Source: Vibrio alginolyticus NBRC 15630 = ATCC 17749 (lineage in GTDB: Bacteria; Pseudomonadota; Gammaproteobacteria; Enterobacterales; Vibrionaceae). Taken from it: a stretch of DNA of 32,000 nucleotides. A program made the translations under genes and the position numbers. The notes under the pieces are model-generated. The model ran no database searches, had not been told where the DNA came from, and was given only the letters and a program-made list of their open reading frames with translations. Where the stretch lies: NCBI RefSeq assembly GCF_000354175.2, contig NC_022349.1:2520001-2552000 (forward strand), in the 5' to 3' direction. Below, one piece after another: positions 18,881 through 28,478 of this stretch. Position 1 is the first letter of the stretch; every line of letters starts with the position of its first letter.

Positions 18881-20962
18881 TTACGCTTTGGAGTAAATAT
18901 CCCGCTCACCCAACCAGCGATCGATAATCGCTGTTGCGTTAGACGGGTAATTGTCATGAATATGACGCGCAATGCGCTGAACTTCGGGAATCAGGCGTTG
19001 ATCTCGAACTAAGTCTGCGATTTTGAAATCAGCAAGACCTGTCTGCTTTGTACCCAATAGTTCTCCAGGGCCACGAATTTCTAGGTCTTTCTGCGCAATG
19101 ACGAAGCCATCGTTACTTTCACGTAGTACTCCGAGACGTTTTTGCGCGGTTTTTGACAGCGGAGAGTGGTACAGCAGCACACAATGGCTAGCAACGGAAC
19201 CTCGGCCCACGCGACCTCTTAACTGGTGTAATTGTGCCAAACCAAGACGTTCAGGGTTTTCTATGATCATCAAGCTAGAGTTTGGCACATCCACACCAAC
19301 TTCAATCACTGTCGTTGCGACCAGCAAATGCAGTTTATTGTCTTTGAAGTCTTGCATCACCGCTTGTTTCTCTGCCGGCTTCATTCGTCCGTGCACTAGA
19401 CCAATTTTTACGTCCGGCAGTTTACGTTGAAGCTCTTCTGCGGTATCTGCCGCGGCTTGCGCTTCTAATACTTCCGACTCATCAATCAGGGTACACACCC
19501 AATATGCCTGCTTGCCTTCGTTTAAGCAGGCATTTCGGACACGTTCGACGATATCATTGCGTTTGGTATCTGGAATCGCGACAGTCTGGATTGGTGTTCG
19601 ACCTGGCGGTAACTCATCAATCACCGACGTTTCTAAGTCAGCATAAGCAGTCATGGCTAACGTTCGCGGAATCGGCGTTGCTGTCATGATGAGCTGATGT
19701 GGATAAGCGCCTTGTTTTGCACCTTTCTCACGCAGCTCTAAACGTTGGTGGACACCGAAGCGGTGCTGTTCATCAATGATGACCAAAGCAAGGTGATGAA
19801 ATTCAACGTGCTCTTGGAATAGCGCGTGAGTACCCACTACCATTTGCGCTTCACCACTGGCAATACGAGCCAGCTCGGCTTCCTTTGCCTTACCTTTGAG
19901 TTTGCCCGCTAACCAACCGACTTGAATGCCCATGGTTTCAAACCAGTTTGCGAAGTTGATAGCGTGTTGCTCGGCCAATAGTTCGGTTGGCGCCATGAGT
20001 GCCACCTGATGGCCATGCTCAATGGCTCTAACAGCGGCCAAAGCGGCAACCAACGTTTTCCCCGAACCAACATCGCCTTGCACTAATCGCATCATTGGGT
20101 GCGGTTTTTCTAGATCGGCTTCAATCTCTTGTACTACTCGGGTTTGAGCGTTTGTAGGAGAGAAAGGCAGTTGGGCTAAAAGCTGCGTTTTTAGTTTATT
20201 ACAAGGACCGAGAGGTAGCGCTGAATCCTTCTGACCTTTGCTACGCACCGCTAGCATCGATAAGTTTTGTGCGAGCAACTCTTCCATGATCAAGCGGATT
20301 TGGGCAGGATGTTTGCCTTCGTCAAACTCATCTAAATTAATGGTTGGTGGTGGGCGATGAATGGTGTGCAGCGCTTGCGACATCGTGATTTGATGGTCAT
20401 ACAACCCCGCTGGAAGTAATTCCTGCACTGCGGTTTTATCAAGCAGGGCTAAAGCTTGTTCGGTAAGGTTGCGTAATGTGATTTGGCGTAAACCATCGGT
20501 GGTGGGATAAACAGGGGTTAAGCTCTGTTCTACATCGGGCTTTTGCTCGCTGACGTAAAACTTGTAGTCAGGATGAACAATTTCCAAACCCATGCCACCG
20601 CGCTTAATTTCACCGTAAGCATGTACTAACTTACCTTGCGTGAAATTGTTCTTCATGGCTGCGGTAAAGTTGAAAAAGCGCAGCGTGATAGTGCCATTAC
20701 CGTCGCTGATTTTTACCGTTAGCATTTTGCGCTTACCGAAGATGGTGTCGACTGCCATGACCTTACCTTGCACTGCCGCCCAAAGGCCAGCATGCAGTTT
20801 GGCAATAGGGTAAATACGAGTACGATCTTCGTAGCGTAACGGAAGGTGAAACAGCAAATCTTGAACGCTATGTAAGCCAACTTTGGCGAGTTTTTCTGCG
20901 ACTTTCGCGCCAACTCCAGAAAGGGAGGTTAATGGGACGGCAGATAACATTTGGGCGGACAT
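18881..20962 (-). CDS. recG: ATP-dependent DNA helicase RecG
   Basis: 693 aa, collinear with E. coli RecG (wedge domain, Walker A GDVGSGKT, DEQHRFG, QLRGRVGRG, TRG motif). Confidence 0.96.
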   Translation of the reverse strand: MSAQMLSAVPLTSLSGVGAKVAEKLAKVGLHSVQDLLFHLPLRYEDRTRIYPIAKLHAGLWAAVQGKVMAVDTIFGKRKMLTVKISDGNGTITLRFFNFTAAMKNNFTQGKLVHAYGEIKRGGMGLEIVHPDYKFYVSEQKPDVEQSLTPVYPTTDGLRQITLRNLTEQALALLDKTAVQELLPAGLYDHQITMSQALHTIHRPPPTINLDEFDEGKHPAQIRLIMEELLAQNLSMLAVRSKGQKDSALPLGPCNKLKTQLLAQLPFSPTNAQTRVVQEIEADLEKPHPMMRLVQGDVGSGKTLVAALAAVRAIEHGHQVALMAPTELLAEQHAINFANWFETMGIQVGWLAGKLKGKAKEAELARIASGEAQMVVGTHALFQEHVEFHHLALVIIDEQHRFGVHQRLELREKGAKQGAYPHQLIMTATPIPRTLAMTAYADLETSVIDELPPGRTPIQTVAIPDTKRNDIVERVRNACLNEGKQAYWVCTLIDESEVLEAQAAADTAEELQRKLPDVKIGLVHGRMKPAEKQAVMQDFKDNKLHLLVATTVIEVGVDVPNSSLMIIENPERLGLAQLHQLRGRVGRGSVASHCVLLYHSPLSKTAQKRLGVLRESNDGFVIAQKDLEIRGPGELLGTKQTGLADFKIADLVRDQRLIPEVQRIARHIHDNYPSNATAIIDRWLGERDIYSKA

Positions 20963-20977
20963 AGAGGGCTCAAGAAA

Positions 20978-21005
20978 ATGGTTAACATAGCAGTATGTTA
21001 ACCAT
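20978..21005 (-). other. Perfect 11-bp inverted repeat ending 15 nt upstream of the recG start codon
   Basis: ATGGTTAACAT (20978-20988), 6-nt spacer, ATGTTAACCAT (20995-21005). On the - strand it is followed by TTTCTT. It could be an RNA hairpin or a dimeric-protein operator. Confidence 0.4.
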
Positions 21006-21215
21006 GGAGCTGTGTTTTTGTACAGGAAAAAATAGTCATGCTTTAGTTAGTGTCATGATTTGACTGATAACCTATCATTCCGAGGAGCTTTAGCGACATC
21101 AGGATTCTATTTTCAACAAGTATGTCGCTGAAGTTAACACTATCAGCATCTGTATATTTGAGAATTAGATCCTGAACCACGCTCCTTCGCCGCCGTTCAG
21201 GATGACGAAAGTCTG

Positions 21216-21899
21216 TTACTTGCTTTGCATCTCTTGCCACCACGCGTCATCGGCGATGATTTGACCTTCTTCATCGAGTGGTGGGTAAACGAGCCCTTTT
21301 CGTTTCGCGACCTTTGCCAGCACTGGGTGACCACGTTCAAAGAGAATACGGTTGATTGTCTCTTTAGGCAGAGCGCTTTCTTCTCGGTCGTACATGCCTG
21401 CGGCTTCACGTTGACGTTGCGCTTCATACAAAATTACGGCACTGGCAACCGATACGTTTAGTGACTGCACCATGCCCACCATCGGGATAATAATGTCTTG
21501 ATCAGCAAGCTGTTTGGCTTGCTCTGAAGCGCCAACCTTTTCGCTGCCTAAAATGATTGCCGTTGGTTTGGTGTAGTCGATCTCGCGAAAATCGACGGCG
21601 GTGTCCGAAAGATTGGTCACCAAAACCTGCATACCTTGCGCTTTGAGTTCGGTAATCGCAGTTTCAATCGAATCGTGAGTATCCACTTCAACCCAGTTAC
21701 GCGCGCCAGCTGAGGTATGGCTCAGCGTACGCATTTTGTCAGGCCAAATTGCGTGAACTTTGTGTAAGCCTGTCGCGTCAGCGGTGCGGATCACGGCAGA
21801 GACGTTGTTTGGCTTATGTACTTCTTCGAGACAAAGTGTCAGATCAGTTTGGCGAGTTTTTAGGACTTGGTGAATACGGTTGTAACGTTCTAGGTTCAT
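21216..21899 (-). CDS. trmH: tRNA (guanosine-2'-O)-methyltransferase TrmH/SpoU
   Basis: ATG at 21899 gives MNLERYNRIHQVLKTRQTDLTLCLEEVHKPNNVSA..., aligning with E. coli TrmH MNPTRYARICEML.... SPOUT motifs IIIPMVGMVQSLNVSVA. The ORF-track start at 21926 is a GTG inside a hairpin. Confidence 0.92.
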   Translation of the reverse strand: MNLERYNRIHQVLKTRQTDLTLCLEEVHKPNNVSAVIRTADATGLHKVHAIWPDKMRTLSHTSAGARNWVEVDTHDSIETAITELKAQGMQVLVTNLSDTAVDFREIDYTKPTAIILGSEKVGASEQAKQLADQDIIIPMVGMVQSLNVSVASAVILYEAQRQREAAGMYDREESALPKETINRILFERGHPVLAKVAKRKGLVYPPLDEEGQIIADDAWWQEMQSK

Positions 21900-21910
21900 A
21901 TTTATTGAGG

Positions 21911-21946
21911 TATAAAAAATCGCCACCTAACAGAGTAGGTGGCGAT
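21911..21946 (-). terminator. Strong terminator-like hairpin between spoT and trmH
   Basis: 11-bp perfect stem ATCGCCACCTA (21919-21929) pairs with TAGGTGGCGAT (21936-21946). 6-nt loop. On the - strand it is followed by TTTTTATA, ending 11 nt before the trmH ATG. Confidence 0.6.
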
Positions 21947-21951
21947 AGAGG

Positions 21952-24072
21952 TTAGTTCTTTCTGCGTCTGACTCGGGTTGCTTGAGGCATTGCCTTAATC
22001 TTACGCATGATACCAGCAAGGTGGACACGATCTTTCGTCGTCAACAGCACAGTCACAGTGTATAGACGACCATCACGTTCTTCCGTTGAAAGGCCATGAA
22101 TGTTTGATCCTGTTTTCGAGATCACGTTGGTAAGTTCTGCAAGAGCACCTTGGTTGTTAAGCATGTCGACTTTAAGTTCAGCAATGAACTCTTTATCGTA
22201 GTCTTCAGACCAAGCGACAGCCATATAACGGTCTGGCTCTTTCTGATAACCACGAACGTTCGGACATGTTTCTCGGTGAACAACCAAACCACGACCAGGC
22301 GATACGTGAGCAATAATGTGATCATCTGGGATAGGATGACAACAATTTGCAAACGTCAGCAATAAGCCTTCTGCGCCACGAATCGGAAGCTTCTTCTTCG
22401 AGTCCGTTGGGATTGAACTTGTTGTCGTGAGCTCTTCGGTGTCACCAAGGAGACGACGTGCGATCACAATGCTCATCAACTCACCCAATCCAATAGCAGC
22501 CAATAAATCATCGATGCTTTCTAGGCGAAGATCATTCAAGACTTCTTGGATATTTTCTGGATAAATTGAATCAATCGAGTGACGGCCAAGTGCGTGATTA
22601 AGTAGGCGACGACCTAAAGTAATCGACTCTTCACGACGCATCGTTTTCAGTACTTGTCGAATCTTAGTGCGGGCACGAGAAGTCACGACATAGTTCAGCC
22701 ATGCCGCATTCGGACGCGCACCAGGGGCACTGATAATTTCCACCGTCTGACCGTTTTTCAATGCCTTACTCAATGGGTAAGGGTTACGGTCAACACGAGC
22801 ACCAACACAAGAGTTGCCTACATCGGTATGTACGGCATAGGCAAAGTCGACAGCCGTTGCGCCTAAAGGCAATTCAACGATACGACCTTTTGGTGTGAAG
22901 ACGTAAATCTCATCTGGGAAAAGATCGGATTTTACGTTTTCAATGAATTCGAATGAGTTACCCGCGCTTTGTTGTAGCTCTAACAGGCTTTGCATCCAAC
23001 GCTGAGCTTTCACTTGCGCAGTGGTACCAGACTTGTCGCCTTTGTCTTTGTAAGACCAGTGTGCTGCGACACCTTTGTCCGCCATTTGATCCATATCTTC
23101 AGTACGGATCTGAACTTCAACAGGTACGCCGTGTGGGCCAACCATGGAAGTGTGTAGCGATTGATAGCCGTTCGCCTTTGGTACCGCGATGTAATCTTTC
23201 ATGCGACCAGGACGTGGCTTATACAAGCTGTGTACTTGGCCTAAAACGCGATAACAAGTATCAGCGGTATCAACAACGACTCGGAACGCATAGATATCCA
23301 TGATGGTGTGAAAGCGCTGTTCTTTGGTTTTCATCTTGTTATAGATAGAGAACAGGTTTTTCTCACGACCAACGACGCGAGCATTCAAGCCGAAATCTTG
23401 CAGACGGCCTTCTATTTCGCTGTGAATGCGTTGGATCATCTCTTTACGATTACCACGTGCGGCTTTAACCACTTCTTTCAGTACGCGGTAGCGGTTGGGA
23501 TATAGCGCCTCAAAGCCCAACTCTTCGAGTTCGGTTTTGATATTGTGAATACCAAGACGATGAGCGAGGGGCGCGTAAATTTCTAACGTTTCACGAGCAA
23601 TACGACGCTTTTTATCTGGTCGAAGCGCGCCAAGCGTACGCATGTTGTGCGTGCGGTCAGCCAGTTTGATCAGAATGACGCGGATATCTTGCACCATGGC
23701 CAGAACCATCTTACGAAAGTTCTCAGCCTGAGCCTCTTTCCTATCGCGGAATTTGAGTTTGTCCAGTTTAGATACACCATCAACCAATTCTGCGACAGTG
23801 TTACCGAATTTCTCTTCGAGATCTTCTTTAGTTACATCACAGTCTTCAATGACGTCATGCAGCAAAGCAGCTTGGAGGGTTTCGATATCAAGGCGCATTT
23901 CGGCCAAGATACGAGCCACAGCGACAGGGTGGATGATGTATGGTTCACCGCTAGAGCGGGTTTGCCCTTCATGGGCATCTCTCGCTACCACATAAGATTG
24001 ACGCAGAGCCTCAATCTGAGGCTCTGTTAGGTATTCTTGGGCAACGTCTTTGAGGCTATCGAATAGATACAA
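21952..24072 (-). CDS. spoT: Bifunctional (p)ppGpp synthetase II / ppGpp pyrophosphohydrolase SpoT
   Basis: 706 aa, collinear with E. coli SpoT (HD domain, synthetase, TGS and ACT regions). TTG start, as in E. coli spoT. Confidence 0.96.
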   Translation of the reverse strand: MYLFDSLKDVAQEYLTEPQIEALRQSYVVARDAHEGQTRSSGEPYIIHPVAVARILAEMRLDIETLQAALLHDVIEDCDVTKEDLEEKFGNTVAELVDGVSKLDKLKFRDRKEAQAENFRKMVLAMVQDIRVILIKLADRTHNMRTLGALRPDKKRRIARETLEIYAPLAHRLGIHNIKTELEELGFEALYPNRYRVLKEVVKAARGNRKEMIQRIHSEIEGRLQDFGLNARVVGREKNLFSIYNKMKTKEQRFHTIMDIYAFRVVVDTADTCYRVLGQVHSLYKPRPGRMKDYIAVPKANGYQSLHTSMVGPHGVPVEVQIRTEDMDQMADKGVAAHWSYKDKGDKSGTTAQVKAQRWMQSLLELQQSAGNSFEFIENVKSDLFPDEIYVFTPKGRIVELPLGATAVDFAYAVHTDVGNSCVGARVDRNPYPLSKALKNGQTVEIISAPGARPNAAWLNYVVTSRARTKIRQVLKTMRREESITLGRRLLNHALGRHSIDSIYPENIQEVLNDLRLESIDDLLAAIGLGELMSIVIARRLLGDTEELTTTSSIPTDSKKKLPIRGAEGLLLTFANCCHPIPDDHIIAHVSPGRGLVVHRETCPNVRGYQKEPDRYMAVAWSEDYDKEFIAELKVDMLNNQGALAELTNVISKTGSNIHGLSTEERDGRLYTVTVLLTTKDRVHLAGIMRKIKAMPQATRVRRRKN

Positions 24073-24111
24073 ATTATAGGCCCGGGAGGTTGTTGAATTC
24101 TAAAGTCAGAA

Positions 24112-24385
24112 TTAACGGTTGTGAGCGATGCTGCTTACTGCCGCTAGCTCTGCCGCTTCTTGCTCTTGCTGTTCTTGACGTTCACGAGCGTCTAGAACTT
24201 CTTTAGTAATTAAACCTTCTTCGATTTCGCGTAGAGCGATAACCGTTGGCTTTATCGTTCTCTTCTGGCACTAGTGCATCTTTACCGCCAGTTTGCATTT
24301 GACGAGCGCGGCGAGCCGCAATCAGTACTAGGTCGAAACGGTTGCCAACTTTTTCAACAGCGTCTTGAACAGTTACGCGTGCCAT
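24112..24385 (-). pseudogene. rpoZ: RNA polymerase omega subunit gene rpoZ with a +1-nt frameshift (or a sequencing indel)
   Basis: Codons 1-45 ([45 protein letters not shown]) are canonical omega. After GATAAAG (about 24250-24254) the frame yields [15 protein letters not shown]. The adjacent frame reads [45 protein letters not shown] and ends at TAA 24112-24114. The total span is 274 nt, which is 273+1. Confidence 0.85.
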
Positions 24386-24566
24386 GAGGACTCCAAATAG
24401 TTAACTAAAATTTTAGAATGACGAGAAAGTATACAACCTAACTACTTTATTTACTAGCAATTAGACAAGCCACCGTTTGTGGACTTTCTCAGGTAGTTTA
24501 TTGTGTTTTTCGCACTGGGCAAAAAACGGGAAATTCTTTATGTTTTACAGCGTGACTTTTTTGAAG

Positions 24567-25274
<708 letters not shown>

Positions 25275-25577
25275 TCAACCACCAAAGGGGTGGATATTGG
25301 TGATAATCCCGCCAGAAAAATGGAGGCGAAGAGTATCATGATCTCTATTTTGTTACCAGTTGATCTTTCTGTCTGTGATCGTCTCAGATGAAATAGTTAC
25401 TTACGCCAGAGTGTTCCTAAACAGCGAAGAAGGAGCGTGATACAGGACTTACCATCCGCGCACTCTGTTATTAAAACCATTTCTACAACCGTTTAGTGTG
25501 CTGATTTTAGGTTTAGAGTCCCGATTTGGCTTGCGTGAGTGACTCTGGTTAAAAATAGGGGTTAATAAAGATAAAAC

Positions 25578-25605
25578 GGAAAAAAGGGGAAGCTTTCACT
25601 TCCCC
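25578..25605 (-). terminator. Rho-independent terminator of the TonB cluster, after ttpD
   Basis: Stem GGGGAAG (25586-25592) pairs with CTTCCCC (25599-25605). 6-nt loop. On the - strand it is followed by TTTTTT. Confidence 0.8.
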
Positions 25606-25638
25606 AGGCGTGCGACTGACTCACACTTAATCTTCGAA

Positions 25639-26862
25639 TTATCCTTGAGACTCTAGGAAATTTATCCAAGGGCTAACGGTTGACCTGAATTTTGGCGATT
25701 GAGCAGCGCCTTTCATCGCCTGCAAGGCCTTTTGTGGCTGCTTAAGCTCGAAATAGGCCATCCCGCGAATGTATTCAAGTTCTGCCTTTTGCTCTTTAGA
25801 GGCACTGGATGCCGCGCTTTCTACAAAACGAGTTGCTTCAGAATACTGCTTGTCTTGTATCATTAAGCGAGCAATCTGAATTTGCGTTTTAGCAGAAGGA
25901 GCGAGGTTATATGACTTTTTATAAGCGAGAATTGATTTATCTAGCTCTTTAGCTTGCTGCCAGAAGCTGGCTAGGCGGTCATAGTTTTCCTTCGTCTTTT
26001 CAATGTTTCCAGCTGCCATTTCCTTTTCAAGAGTTTTGGCTGCTTTATATGGAATACCTTGATAAGCCAAGAAGTTTACAAAGCGTAAATATTCCTTCTC
26101 TCCTTCTAGTTTCCCCATTTTGTAAACCATTTCTAGGGTGGCTAGAGAGTTGCGTTCTTGACCTAGCTCCATGTAGACACCAGAAAGTTGCATCCAGTAA
26201 CGCTTTTTCTGAGGGTACTTTGAAGTCAGAGTTTTGAGTACACTGGCAACGCTTTTCAGCTGGCCTAACTCGTAGTGAGATGCAACGAGAATTAAGTACC
26301 AAGACTCACTTGGGCTCTTGCTCATCGCGATGGCTTTTTTGGTTGGCGGGATTGCATTTTTGTAATCTTCCAACTGAACATAAGCGCTCGCTAACGTGAT
26401 ATAAGCATGAGCTTGAGGCTTCTCTTTGGTTGTTTCTGCAACCTTGAACCATTCCTTCATCGTTTTTACAGACAACGTATACTTTTCTTCAGCTAGGTAA
26501 AGCTGAGCCAAGCTGTAGCGAACTTGTTGAGCAACAGGAACGGGAAGTGCGTCGAGCTGTAATGCTTCGGCAAAGTATTTTGCTGCTTGCACATAATTGT
26601 CTTGTAGCGAATACAAAAAGCCAGTCTGCTGAAGTAAAACTGCTCGGTCGTATTTTTTCGAACTTGTGCTTTCTAAAGCGCTTGCTAGTTTTTCTTTCGC
26701 TGCTGAATATTTTTCAGTTGCGATCAACTCTTGCACTTTGTTAACGGTTCGAAATGTCCGATCTGATAACTGAGGAGCTTCTTTTGCCATCGTAGGAGCG
26801 GCCATTGCCACTCCTGCGAAGAGAATTAAAGAAGCCACTTTGCTTTTCCATAAACTTTTCAT
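25639..26862 (-). CDS. ttpD: TPR-repeat periplasmic protein, last gene of the TonB2-type cluster (TtpD-like)
   Basis: Signal peptide MKSLWKSKVASLILFAGVAMAAPTMA. Repeated A..Y/F...A..L TPR-like helices throughout. Position after tonB, as in the Vibrio TonB2/TonB3 clusters (recalled). Confidence 0.75.
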   Translation of the reverse strand: MKSLWKSKVASLILFAGVAMAAPTMAKEAPQLSDRTFRTVNKVQELIATEKYSAAKEKLASALESTSSKKYDRAVLLQQTGFLYSLQDNYVQAAKYFAEALQLDALPVPVAQQVRYSLAQLYLAEEKYTLSVKTMKEWFKVAETTKEKPQAHAYITLASAYVQLEDYKNAIPPTKKAIAMSKSPSESWYLILVASHYELGQLKSVASVLKTLTSKYPQKKRYWMQLSGVYMELGQERNSLATLEMVYKMGKLEGEKEYLRFVNFLAYQGIPYKAAKTLEKEMAAGNIEKTKENYDRLASFWQQAKELDKSILAYKKSYNLAPSAKTQIQIARLMIQDKQYSEATRFVESAASSASKEQKAELEYIRGMAYFELKQPQKALQAMKGAAQSPKFRSTVSPWINFLESQG

Positions 26863-26871
26863 CGTGACTCC

Positions 26872-27504
26872 TTAATTGGTTGAGAACTCTATTTCTTGCG
26901 ATAGGCGCGAGCTAACAGGTTTCCCGTCAACCAATTTTGGTTTAAATGTCCATTTAGAGACTGTTTTTCTTGCCGCTCGACCGAGGCCTAAGCGTCGTGG
27001 TTGCTCTTTAAGAACTTTGATGTCCTCTACGGCACCACGTGCGTTGACAGTAAACTCTAATAAGACGACCCCTTTTTCTATTCCTGCTTTCGCAGCTTTC
27101 CTAGGCATTTGAGGTTGGAATGTCGCTAGAGGTGTTGGACCTCCGCTACCCGCGAGTTGCGCACCTCCACCCTGGCTATAATGTCCAAGCACCGAACCAC
27201 CTGTAACATTTACGGGTAGGTCAAGCTTTGGCATATCCATTGGGGTCTGCTCCATCACCGGTTTTACTGTCGCTGTCACTTTCATTTCTGGCGGCGGCGG
27301 CGGACGCTTAGGCGGTGGTGGCTTTGGAAGTTCGCGTTTTTTCTCCTGTATTTTTTCGTCTGGTTTAATGCGAATAAACTCGACCATACGCAGGTCATCA
27401 TTCGACACTAACTCGTGGCGCTCTTTGTTTACTAGCTTGTCCATCCCCCAGAACAACCCGAGGGAGACAATGAGCGCCAGTGCAATTGAGGCCAGATACC
27501 GCAT
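26872..27504 (-). CDS. tonB: TonB energy transducer (TonB2/TonB3 type)
   Basis: ATG at 27504 with AAGGA SD 8 nt upstream. N-terminal TM anchor, Pro-rich spacer (PKPPPPKRPPPPPE) and a TonB C-terminal domain (GVVLLEFTVNARGAVEDIKV...). The ORF-track start at 27531 is a TTG inside exbD. Confidence 0.88.
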   Translation of the reverse strand: MRYLASIALALIVSLGLFWGMDKLVNKERHELVSNDDLRMVEFIRIKPDEKIQEKKRELPKPPPPKRPPPPPEMKVTATVKPVMEQTPMDMPKLDLPVNVTGGSVLGHYSQGGGAQLAGSGGPTPLATFQPQMPRKAAKAGIEKGVVLLEFTVNARGAVEDIKVLKEQPRRLGLGRAARKTVSKWTFKPKLVDGKPVSSRLSQEIEFSTN

Positions 27505-27508
27505 AAGC

Positions 27509-27916
27509 TTAATCCTTATTGGTTGCGGCAATGGAGATGCTTTCTACACCTGCCATTTTGATCTGGTCCATAACCTTCACGACTACGCCAGCATTTGCTT
27601 CTGTGTCGGCTTGGATAACAACTGCGCCATCAGGGCTTTCTGCACGAAGACGTTCAATATTCGCGCGAACCGCGTCCACTTCGATGCGGCGTTTATCAAC
27701 CCAAACATCACCCGCCGCACCAACTGCGACCATGATGTTACCTTTTTTCACGGTTTGCGCAGAGCTTGCCGTCGGGCGGTTTACTTCTAGACCAGCTTCT
27801 TTTACGAACGATGTTGTTACGATAAAGAAGATCAACATGATGAATACGATGTCGAGCATCGGTGTCATATCGATAGCGGTTTCATCACTGCTATCACTGC
27901 TATAGCGTCTTTTCAT
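27509..27916 (-). CDS. exbD: Biopolymer transport protein ExbD/TolR family
   Basis: 135 aa. IDMTPMLDIVFIMLIFFIV TM motif and a periplasmic domain typical of ExbD. Confidence 0.9.
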   Translation of the reverse strand: MKRRYSSDSSDETAIDMTPMLDIVFIMLIFFIVTTSFVKEAGLEVNRPTASSAQTVKKGNIMVAVGAAGDVWVDKRRIEVDAVRANIERLRAESPDGAVVIQADTEANAGVVVKVMDQIKMAGVESISIAATNKD

Positions 27917-27941
27917 GACCTATACCTCTAATTCCATTTAC

Positions 27942-28469
27942 TCAGGCAATATGCTTTAGCTTATCTTCCAGCTTTTGCGTTGTGACTTTGGCTAAATGAT
28001 CAAGACGTGAACTAAAGAACAGTCCTGATAGAGAAGCCACCATCCCGGCTAACGTTGGGATTGTTGCCTTTGAGATCCCCGAGGCCATTGCTCGAGGGCT
28101 TCCTGTTCCTGTTACCGCTAAGATGTCGAATACTTGGATCATGCCAACAACGGTGCCGAGCAAACCCAGTAAGGGACAAAGCGCAATCAACACTTTCACG
28201 ATTGGCAGGCCCTTTTTATTCTCAATGTCCTGACGAGAAACAATTTCTTGTCGGATCATCTTAGCGTTCCAGCTCTGGTGCTCTGATCGCCCCTGCCATG
28301 AGCCAACGGCTTTTTTCATGGCTTTTGGAGCGACGGCAGCAAAATAGAACCAACGTTCTAACAATACTGCCCAAAGCATAAAGCTGAGGATGAAGATGGC
28401 GACGAGTACATCGCCACCCATTCCCAAGAAGCGCCTAATTGATTCAAGTTCTCCAACTAACCACCACAT
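27942..28469 (-). CDS. exbB: MotA/TolQ/ExbB proton-channel protein (short ExbB)
   Basis: 175 aa with three TM segments. Conserved LCPLLGLLGTVVGMIQVF...ASGISKATIPTLAGM. AAGGAGG SD. Confidence 0.9.
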   Translation of the reverse strand: MWWLVGELESIRRFLGMGGDVLVAIFILSFMLWAVLLERWFYFAAVAPKAMKKAVGSWQGRSEHQSWNAKMIRQEIVSRQDIENKKGLPIVKVLIALCPLLGLLGTVVGMIQVFDILAVTGTGSPRAMASGISKATIPTLAGMVASLSGLFFSSRLDHLAKVTTQKLEDKLKHIA

Positions 28470-28478
28470 AACGCCTCC

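Noticed and set aside
21043-21243. 66-aa - strand ORF in the trmH-recG spacer.
   Set aside because: It starts inside trmH in another frame, has no SD, and is Arg-rich and low-complexity. The region is better described as structured non-coding DNA.
24081-24100. Adjacent CCCGGG (SmaI) and GAATTC (EcoRI) sites between rpoZ and spoT, close to the frameshifted rpoZ. I considered a cloning scar or engineered locus.
   Set aside because: These are only two 6-mers in a 39-nt natural-looking spacer. There is no polylinker or vector-like sequence around them, so chance occurrence is adequate.
24245-24256. Programmed ribosomal frameshifting as an explanation for the rpoZ frame change.
   Set aside because: There is no slippery X-XXY-YYZ heptamer and no obvious downstream stimulatory structure, and I know of no precedent for rpoZ. 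A simple indel, real or technical, is more parsimonious.
27519-27905. 128-aa + strand ORF lying exactly antisense to exbD. Similar long antisense ORFs occur at 189-554, 1563-2015, 2709-2978, 3957-4334, 15373-15723, 19023-19430, 22953-23303 and 23647-24030.
   Set aside because: These are mirror-frame ORFs inside strongly supported, homolog-matched genes. They have no SD and an odd Ser/Arg/Cys-rich composition, so they are typical shadow ORFs.
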